Source: Candidatus Marinacidobacterium sp. (GTDB lineage Bacteria > Acidobacteriota > Vicinamibacteria > Marinacidobacterales > Marinacidobacteraceae). Taken from it: 64,000 nt of DNA. The DNA lies in contig OZ242011.1 of NCBI GenBank assembly GCA_965204755.1, forward strand, positions 736,001 through 800,000, given 5' to 3'. The number at the start of each line of letters is the position of its first letter. Within the stretch, counting starts at the first letter, position 1. Positions 19,101 to 26,025 of the stretch are shown piece after piece. The notes below the pieces were generated by a model. That model had not been told where the DNA came from, searched no databases, and was given only the letters and a program-made list of their open reading frames with translations. A program made the position numbers and the translations under genes.

Positions 19101-19471
19101 GGCTCGATCCGGACGCCGCCGTGGAAGGGGCTGCTCGGCGGCGGGTCTTCGGCGTCGCTTTCGTCGAGGTAGGGGGTGAGCGCCGTCCAGCGCGCGGCGC
19201 GGAGCAGCGCGTCGAAGTCGGCGGGCGGCATCGGCGGCGCGGCGCCGTTCGGGACATCGTTCGGCTCGTGGAGCCGCGCGCCGGGCTCGATCTCCCAGAC
19301 CAGCCGCTCGCTCGGCGGGGAGTGGTGGTCGAGGTAGTCCAGGTGGACGAGGCGGAGGCGCTTGTCGCGGCCGACGGTTTCGTCCACGCCCGCGATGACC
19401 GCCCGCCGGTTGCGGACGGTGGCGACCATCCCGACGCGGGGGACGGACGGGGGGTCGGCGGCGGGGCTCAC
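16154..19471 (-). CDS. drmD: DrmD-like SNF2-family helicase/translocase
   Basis: [78 protein letters not shown]; start inferred at GTG 19471 (alternative ATG 19429). Confidence 0.88.
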   Translation of the reverse strand: [1105 protein letters not shown]

Positions 19472-19722
19472 CGGGACAGGGGGCGGACCCGGGCGCGGGG
19501 CCGGCTCATGGAGTCGTCGGGGTCGGGAAGGTCGGGGGAGCGGGGCCGGTGCGGCGGCGAGTCCGCCCCGCGGCGCGGGCTGCCCCGGGCGGCGCGGCGG
19601 CGCCGCGCTCCGGGGGCGGAAGACGGTACGCCATCCGCGCCGAAATCCCGACCCCCGCCGCCGCGGGCCGGGCGCTCGGTCCGGCAGCCGCCGGACACCA
19701 CGCGGATCCCAAACTACAACCC

Positions 19723-20014
19723 GTCCACGAAAGCGGGGCAACCTCACGCCCGGATCGAGCCCCTTCACCGGCCCGATGTCGCGGATCGCGACCCCCCTTC
19801 ACCCATCGACCGGCGGATCGCCCCCCCTACCGGACTCACGACGCGGATCGAGCCCCCTCGCACCCGCAGAACACCCGGATCGACCCCCTGCTCCGGCTCG
19901 ATATCGCGCACCGACCCCCCTTCACCCGCCAGCGCGGATCGACCCCGTGCCCGGCTCACGGCGCGGATCGAGCCCCTTCGCGCCCGCAGGAATCGCCGAC
20001 GAACGCGCGGATCG
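19723..20014. repeat. ~31-bp-period array with core (G/C)CGGATCG followed by a C-rich tract
   Basis: CGGATCG at 19751, 19782, 19814, 19844, 19876, 19935, 19964, 20008; degenerate units at 19723 and 19907; two more at 20264 and 20295. Confidence 0.85.
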
Positions 20015-20029
20015 GGTATGGCGAGCCAA

Positions 20030-20125
20030 GAATTGTGTATAGCTGCCACGAATTGTGTATAGGTCAGCCGAATTGTGTATAGCTCGGCCCGAATTGTGTA
20101 TAGCTGACGCGAATTGTGTATAGGT
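20030..20125. repeat. Array A: 5 x GAATTGTGTATAG(C/G)T at 20-21-bp period
   Basis: Invariant 13-mer at 20030, 20050, 20070, 20091, 20111 with short variable GC-rich linkers. Confidence 0.97.
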
Positions 20126-20316
20126 GAGCGCCCCGGGGCCGTTCGCAGCGCGGATACGCGGCGGAACGGCGTGCGCGGGACTGCCTCGAAGACCGGTTCA
20201 GGCGCTCCGGAGAGCGTCCGGGAGGCTCTATGACGCCGAATTCGCATGTCCGAACGCGCCGGGCGGATCGAGCCCCGAATCGCCCACGAACGCCCGGATC
20301 GGGTATGGCCGACCGG

Positions 20317-20433
20317 GAATTGTGTATAGGTGACGCGAATTGTGTATAGCTCCGCCGGAATTGTGTATAGCTCCGGTGAATTGTGTATAGCTCCGCCGGA
20401 ATTGTGTATAGCTCCGGTGAATTGTGTATAGCT
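20317..20433. repeat. Array B: 6 x GAATTGTGTATAG(C/G)T at 20-21-bp period
   Basis: Invariant 13-mer at 20317, 20337, 20358, 20378, 20399, 20419; preceded by the same ~33-bp leader as array A. Confidence 0.97.
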
Positions 20434-20488
20434 GACCACGGGCCGACCCGGACGCGTGGACGCGCTCCTTTCCCTGCCGCGGCCGCGT

Positions 20489-21625
20489 TCAACCGCGTTT
20501 CGCCGGTTCTTCCTCCGGGCGCAGGACCTCGACGATTCGCGGATTCTGCAAATGCCGGCGCGAACCGATGCGCTGCAGGTTTCCCCGAGCGATCACGGCG
20601 ACGCTGTCGCGCCGCGCCTCGACGGCCCGGCGGTAGTCGCGTTCGTCGAAGACCGCGGTGACCGTTCGCCGCCGACCGGGCGCGTCCGGTTCGCGAACCC
20701 GCAGGGTCACTTCGCCCGCGTGTTCGGTTTCCCCGTTGCCGGGGCGCGAGACGAAACCCACGAAGGACGCCGCCTCCTGCGGTTCCCCCTCCCGGCAGAA
20801 CCGCGCCGCCTCCCGAACCGCGGGGGAGTCGGCGGCGGCGAATCGCGTGGAACTCGCCGGCTCGTCGGCCGGCGAAGTGAGCGCCCAGGAAACGCCGATG
20901 TCCACCGCGTCGAACGCTTCCGTCAGGTCGGCGATCGCTTCGCAGAGGTTCGCGCTGACGCCCTCTCCGACGAGATCCGCGAACGCGCCGGGCTCACCCG
21001 CCGCGGTCGCTTCCACCGCTCGGCGCGCCGCACGCAGGGACTCGACCAGGCGCTTCGGAACCGTTCGGGAGAAGGGCTCCTTTTCCGGTCGATCCGGACC
21101 GGGGAGTCGGCCCGGAGACACCGTCGGAGTCAGGAGCGTCGCGACGAAACCGCCGGGCTCGGTATGGCCCAGGCGGACTCGCCGGAGGTACTTCGCGGCC
21201 TCCGGGTTCTCGCCGGCGCGATGGAGCGCCTGCGGCCGCTCCGCCGAGCAGGCGGCCGCGAACAGGAGGTTCCGCGCGCCGGCGAGGAGCGCGACGCGGT
21301 CCTCGACGGTCGCCTCCGGCCCGTTGCCCTCCGCGCCCACCCGGATCACATCCCGGTCCGCCGCGGTCAGGTCGTGGTGCACCCGCAACTGCGAAACCTC
21401 CCCGGTCTCCGAGAAGATCTCCAGCAGCCGGGTGACGGCGCTCGCGTAGTCACCGAGATCGGCCGTCCTCGGGATGAGGATCTCCGATCGGTCCTCGGCG
21501 CCATAGATATCGGCGTGGTCGCCGAACTCCCCGGTCTTCGCCCAACCATGCGCTCTCGCGTAGGCCGAAAGCGCGGCGGGCGTTACCCGCCGCACGGCGT
21601 CCCAGTCGCGGACGAAGACCCTCAC
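20489..21625 (-). CDS. Hypothetical protein (378 aa)
   Basis: Host-like codon usage, globular composition (LSAYARAHGW, DYASAV, DRDVIRV, GVSANLCEAI); no function assignable. Confidence 0.75.
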   Translation of the reverse strand: MRVFVRDWDAVRRVTPAALSAYARAHGWAKTGEFGDHADIYGAEDRSEILIPRTADLGDYASAVTRLLEIFSETGEVSQLRVHHDLTAADRDVIRVGAEGNGPEATVEDRVALLAGARNLLFAAACSAERPQALHRAGENPEAAKYLRRVRLGHTEPGGFVATLLTPTVSPGRLPGPDRPEKEPFSRTVPKRLVESLRAARRAVEATAAGEPGAFADLVGEGVSANLCEAIADLTEAFDAVDIGVSWALTSPADEPASSTRFAAADSPAVREAARFCREGEPQEAASFVGFVSRPGNGETEHAGEVTLRVREPDAPGRRRTVTAVFDERDYRRAVEARRDSVAVIARGNLQRIGSRRHLQNPRIVEVLRPEEEPAKRG

Positions 21626-21673
21626 CGGAACGCGCCCCCGGCTACCGACCGTCCCGGACGCGCCGCGCCGCGT

Positions 21674-23266
21674 TCAACGGATGGTTACCCGCGCGCGTTC
21701 GGCCAGCGTGCCCTGGGCGCGTTCGACGGCGACGATGGCCTTGTTGTAGTCGACGATCGCCTGCAACTCGTTGGCGCGCGCCTGGGCCAGGTCGCGTTGC
21801 GACTGCACCACGAAGTAACTCGTGGTCATGCCCACCTCGAACTTCTTCTGTTCGGCTTCGAGTCTTTGCTCTTCCAACTCGCGGGCCACCCGGCTCGCGT
21901 CTATGCGGCGCCGGTTCGTCTGGACTTCGCGCACGGTGCGGCGGACTTCCTGGGCGATCTGGATTTCCTGGACGCGCACCGTCTCGCGTTGCTGGTTCAG
22001 GTCGATCTGCGCCTGCGCATGGCTGGCGCGGGCTTGGTGGGGGCCGATGGGATAGGTGAAGTTCACGCCGAGGCGCCAATCGCGGAAGTCGCGGCTGGCG
22101 AGTTGGTCGAGGGCGTCGGCGTAGCCGCCGGGAATCGTTTCGACTGCCGGACCGAAGAAACCTTCGCGGCGATACTGCGTTCCGCCGACGCCGGTGAGTT
22201 GGAGCAAGCCGACCAGATCCACCTGCGGGAGCATCTGGTTGCGGGTGTAGCGGACTTCGTACTGGTCCGTGTCCACCTGCACCCGCTGCGACCGGAGTTC
22301 GGGCCGGCGCTGCAGCGCGACGCGGATGGCGTCTTCGACTTCCACCGGATAGTCCTCGACGGAGGGGGCGTCCGTCGGGACGAGGGCGCCGTCCCAGAAG
22401 TCCGGGGAATCCGGGTCGCGGATCAACGCCTTGAGCGCGTCTTCGGTGACCCGGATCTGCTGCTCGGCGATGATGAGCGCTTCGCCGCGCGCGGCGACTT
22501 CCGCCTCCGCCTGCAGCACATCGATCGGCGCCATCGTGCCGACTTCCACCTGGACCTGGTTGTTCCTCAGCAGGTCCTCCGCGAGGTCGAGCGACTGCTG
22601 CGCCACTTCGTGGCTGCGGAGGGCGAAGGCGAGATCCCAGTAGGCGTTCTCCACATCGCGGAGAACATCGAGGACGCTCTGTTCGAACTCGTGGCCGGCC
22701 CGCCGCTCGCCGTTCCGGGACACGATGATCTGCCGCCGCTCCGGGTTGGCGGTGAGGTTTTGGAGGAGCGGCTGCGTGACCGACGCGTTCAGGATGCTCT
22801 GGAACCTGGGGTTGAATGTGGAGAACTGGCTGTTCGACCCTTGCCGGTTGTTGTTGAAGTTCACCGAGTAGGTGGCTCCGAACGGGAGTTGCTGCTGGAT
22901 GCTCAGGTTGTAGTCGAAGTTGTTGCTCTCGGCCTGCTCGGCGCCGTCGAGTTGGGTGGTCGCGGGGCGCACGCTGTCCTGCAGGTTGGTCGCGAGCGTC
23001 AGGTTCGGGGTGTAGACGCGCCGGGCGGCGGAAACCGCGAGGCCCAGCGACTGCCGGTTCAACCGGGAGATGCGCACATTCAGGTTGTGTTCGAGCGCCA
23101 TCTGCACGGCGTCGTGGAGCGAGAGTTCCTGCGGCGCGGGTTGTCCGGCAACGGAGTCTTCCTCCGGCGGCGTTCCGGCGGCGGCCGGGAGCGCGGCCGC
23201 CGGGAGCGGAAAGAGGAGGAGCCCGGTGAGGGCGAAGCGGGCGGGGGCAGCCGGGTGGGGTCGCAT
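21674..23266 (-). CDS. TolC-family outer-membrane channel
   Basis: Signal peptide, LSLHDAVQMALEHNL, two OEP repeats, AEQKKFEVG, DYNKAIVAVERAQG; start set at ATG 23266. Confidence 0.9.
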   Translation of the reverse strand: MRPHPAAPARFALTGLLLFPLPAAALPAAAGTPPEEDSVAGQPAPQELSLHDAVQMALEHNLNVRISRLNRQSLGLAVSAARRVYTPNLTLATNLQDSVRPATTQLDGAEQAESNNFDYNLSIQQQLPFGATYSVNFNNNRQGSNSQFSTFNPRFQSILNASVTQPLLQNLTANPERRQIIVSRNGERRAGHEFEQSVLDVLRDVENAYWDLAFALRSHEVAQQSLDLAEDLLRNNQVQVEVGTMAPIDVLQAEAEVAARGEALIIAEQQIRVTEDALKALIRDPDSPDFWDGALVPTDAPSVEDYPVEVEDAIRVALQRRPELRSQRVQVDTDQYEVRYTRNQMLPQVDLVGLLQLTGVGGTQYRREGFFGPAVETIPGGYADALDQLASRDFRDWRLGVNFTYPIGPHQARASHAQAQIDLNQQRETVRVQEIQIAQEVRRTVREVQTNRRRIDASRVARELEEQRLEAEQKKFEVGMTTSYFVVQSQRDLAQARANELQAIVDYNKAIVAVERAQGTLAERARVTIR

Positions 23267-23506
23267 CGGGGTTCTCCTGGGTTCGGGAGCGTCGGTCGGG
23301 GGAGGCGGGTGGGAAGGGCGGTCGGGGGCGCGGCGCCTCCGGCCCACTCCATACGAACGGCGGGGGCGCCGGGTTTCCGCCGCGCGGGGTCGGGAGGCGC
23401 CGGATCGTCTGGTAGTTTCGCCAGTCTATTGCCGCCCCGCGCGCCGCGAAGGGCGCCGCCGCCCGGCGGGCGGACGACGGGGAGGGCGCCGGCGGAGACG
23501 GCGGGA

Positions 23507-24322
23507 ATGCGCATCCGACTCGATTTCGGCTACGACGGGACCGGTTTCGCCGGCTGGCAACTGCAGCCGGGGAAGGACACGATCCAGGGGCGGATCGAGG
23601 ACGCGCTCGCCCGGATCTACTTCCCGCCGGGCCGGCGTCCCTCCCGTATCCCCGTCGTCGCGGCGGGGCGGACCGACGCCGGGGTCCATGCGGAGCAGCA
23701 GGTCGCGCACTTCGACCCGCCGCACCCGCGCGTACCGCCGCAAGCGCTCCGCGCCGCGCTGAACCACCGCCTCCCCGGCGCGGTCCGCGTCCACGCCGCC
23801 ACCCCCGCCGCGCCGGACTTCCACGCGCGGCACCACGCCCGGGAGAAGACCTACCGCTACCACCTGCTCACCGGCGAGTCCCCTTCCCCGCTCCGCGCCC
23901 GGTTCGCCTGGCCGGCGGGGCCGGGACTCGACCGGGGCGAGATGGAGCGGGCGGCGGCCTTCTTCTCCGGCGAACATGACTTCACCGCCTTCCGCCAGTC
24001 GGCGCCGGACGAGCGGGAGAAGAGCCCGGTCCGCGAGATCCGCCGCGCGGCGTTCCTCGACGCCGCCGAGGACGAATGGATCTTCGAAATTGCCGCCGAC
24101 GGGTTCCTCCGCTACCTCGTCCGCCGGATCGTGGGCTCCCTGGTCGCCGTCGGGAAGCGGCGGATCACCGCGGAGAGCGTGGCCGCGCTGCTGGCGGACC
24201 CGCGGACGCCGGGCCCCCGCTTCCGCGCCCCGGCGGCGGGGCTCCGCCTCCACCGCGTGGACTACCCGGAGGCGGGCGCCGGCGGCGCGGAAAAGGCGGT
24301 AGAGTCAGAATCCGCGCCGTGA
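23507..24322 (+). CDS. truA: tRNA pseudouridine(38-40) synthase
   Basis: YDGTGFAGWQ, AGRTDAGVHA, FHARH, GEHDFTAF, GFLRYLVR, APAAGL. Confidence 0.95.
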   Translation: MRIRLDFGYDGTGFAGWQLQPGKDTIQGRIEDALARIYFPPGRRPSRIPVVAAGRTDAGVHAEQQVAHFDPPHPRVPPQALRAALNHRLPGAVRVHAATPAAPDFHARHHAREKTYRYHLLTGESPSPLRARFAWPAGPGLDRGEMERAAAFFSGEHDFTAFRQSAPDEREKSPVREIRRAAFLDAAEDEWIFEIAADGFLRYLVRRIVGSLVAVGKRRITAESVAALLADPRTPGPRFRAPAAGLRLHRVDYPEAGAGGAEKAVESESAP

Positions 24323-25119
24323 GTCCTCCCGTGGAGACCGCCCTCGAAACCGCTCTCGAAAGCGAAGTCGAGGCGGAGGTCGAGACCGAAACCGCCGACC
24401 TGCTCGCCCGGATCGACCGCACCCGCCTGCCGCTCCATGTGGCGGCGATCATGGACGGGAACGGGCGCTGGGCGGCGGAGCGGGGGCTCGAACGGGTGGA
24501 GGGGCACGGCGCCGGGATCGCCGCTGTCCGGGACACGGTGGAAGCGGCGGCGGGGCTGGGGCTCGCCGCGCTCACCCTGTTCGCCTTCTCCGTCGAGAAC
24601 TGGAAGCGGCCGCCGGAGGAAGTGCGGGTGCTCATGGAACTCCTGAAGAAGTACCTGAGCCTCGAACTGGAGAACCTGGTCGCGAACGACATCCGCTTCC
24701 GGCCGCTGGGGCGGACCGAGGAGTTGCCGGAGGAAGTGCGGGAGGCGCTGGCGGAGGCGGTGGAGGCCACCCGGCGGTGCGAGGGGCTCTCGTTCAGCAT
24801 CGCGCTGAACTACGGCGGGCGGGCGGAGATCGTGGACGCGGCGCGGCGGATCGCGGCGGAAGCGGCGGCCGCCGGCGAAGCGCCGGAACTCGACGAGGAG
24901 CGGTTCGCCGGCTACCTCTACACCCGGGGGCTGCCGGACCCCGACCTGCTGATCCGCACCAGCGGGGAGATGCGGGTCTCCAACTTCCTGCTGTTCCAGA
25001 GCGCCTACACCGAGTTCTGGGTCACGCCGCGCTACTGGCCGGACTTCCGCCGCCGCGACCTCTACCGCGCCATCCTCGCCTACCAACGCCGGGAACGCCG
25101 CTACGGCGGCATCCGCTGA
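24319..25119 (+). CDS. uppS: Undecaprenyl diphosphate synthase (cis-isoprenyl transferase)
   Basis: HVAAIMDGNGRWA, FSVENWKRP, ALNYGGR, DLLIRTSGEMRVSNFLL; GTG overlaps the truA stop. Confidence 0.95.
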   Translation: MSPPVETALETALESEVEAEVETETADLLARIDRTRLPLHVAAIMDGNGRWAAERGLERVEGHGAGIAAVRDTVEAAAGLGLAALTLFAFSVENWKRPPEEVRVLMELLKKYLSLELENLVANDIRFRPLGRTEELPEEVREALAEAVEATRRCEGLSFSIALNYGGRAEIVDAARRIAAEAAAAGEAPELDEERFAGYLYTRGLPDPDLLIRTSGEMRVSNFLLFQSAYTEFWVTPRYWPDFRRRDLYRAILAYQRRERRYGGIR

Positions 25120-25200
25120 GCGCCGAGTCCCCGGCTCGGCCTCGGCCCCTTCCTCCCGGCGGCTCGGCCTGACCGACGGTTCGACCGGAGGAGCGGCGTC

Positions 25201-26001
25201 ATGCGGAAGCGCATCGCCAGCGGGCTGGCGCTCGGGGCCGGGGCGGCGGCGCTCGCGCTCTACGCGCCGCCGCTCCTCCGGGGGGCGGCGATCCTGCTCC
25301 TCGCGCTGGCGACCGCGGTGGAGGCGGTGCGGCTGGTGTCCGGGGCGCTCTCCGGGCTCGGCGGGAGCGGCGCCGAAGACGACGACGCGCGCGCGGCGGC
25401 GCCGGTGGCGGTCGCCTCCAGTCTGGTCGTGCTCCTCGCCGCGCCGGCGGAGGCGCCCCTCTTCCGCCTGCTGCTCCTCGTGCTGCTGGGCGCCGCCGCG
25501 CTCCGCCAGCCGCGCACCGCCGCCGGGCTCGCCGGGCTCAGCGCCGCCGCGGTCGCCGGGATCTGGATCGGGACGGCGAGCGCCGCCCTCCTCGGCCTCT
25601 CGGCGGGCGAAGGCGGCGGGGAGAGGCTCTTCTTCCTGATCCTCGTGGTGGTCGTCGGCGAGGCGATGGCCTTCGCCGGCGGGAAACTCGTCGGCGGCCC
25701 GCGCCTGGCCCCGGTGCTGAGCCCGGGGAAGACCTGGGCCGGGCTCTTCGCGCAACTGCTGTTCGGCGGCGCCGCCGGGGCGCTCGCCGCGCCGCTGCTC
25801 GGCGGGCCCGGCCCTGACTCCGGGGCGCTGCTCGGCGTGCTGCTCTCCGCCGCCGCCGCCCTCGGCGACCTGTTCGCCTCGTTCTGGAAGCGCGCCTCCG
25901 GGCGGAAGGACAGCGGCAGCCTCATCCCCGGCCACGGCGGCCTGCTCGACCGGCTGGACGGCCTGCTCTTCGCCGCCCCGGCGCTGGCGGCCGCGTTGTA
26001 A
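25201..26001 (+). CDS. cdsA: Phosphatidate cytidylyltransferase
   Basis: LSPGKTWAG, GDLFASFWKR, KDSGSLIPGHGGLLDRLD. Confidence 0.93.
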   Translation: MRKRIASGLALGAGAAALALYAPPLLRGAAILLLALATAVEAVRLVSGALSGLGGSGAEDDDARAAAPVAVASSLVVLLAAPAEAPLFRLLLLVLLGAAALRQPRTAAGLAGLSAAAVAGIWIGTASAALLGLSAGEGGGERLFFLILVVVVGEAMAFAGGKLVGGPRLAPVLSPGKTWAGLFAQLLFGGAAGALAAPLLGGPGPDSGALLGVLLSAAAALGDLFASFWKRASGRKDSGSLIPGHGGLLDRLDGLLFAAPALAAAL

Positions 26002-26025
26002 CCCGCCCGGCGGCGGTCCGAGGGG

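Noticed and set aside
20030-20433. CRISPR array interpretation of the 13-mer arrays
   Set aside because: Repeats (13-15 bp) and linkers (5-8 bp) are far too short, linkers recur, and no cas genes are present.
19723-20433. Chromosomal oriC call
   Set aside because: The DnaA-box likeness and GATC cluster are suggestive, but no dnaA/dnaN/gidA context or extended unwinding element is visible; kept only as a hypothesis.
19765-20492. ORFs with LYTI/YTQF/IHNS peptide repeats
   Set aside because: They arise from reading a 20-21-bp DNA repeat in shifting frames; the period is mostly not a multiple of 3.
1-21625. Prophage, ICE or transposon call for the island
   Set aside because: No integrase, transposase, tRNA attachment site or phage structural genes in the window.
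20456-23506. 1288-aa ORF suggesting a long TruA fusion (likewise the long 5' extensions of ORFs 45670, 55003, 60015 and 63001)
   Set aside because: The extensions overlap real opposite-strand or other-frame genes; they reflect stop-codon scarcity in high-GC DNA.
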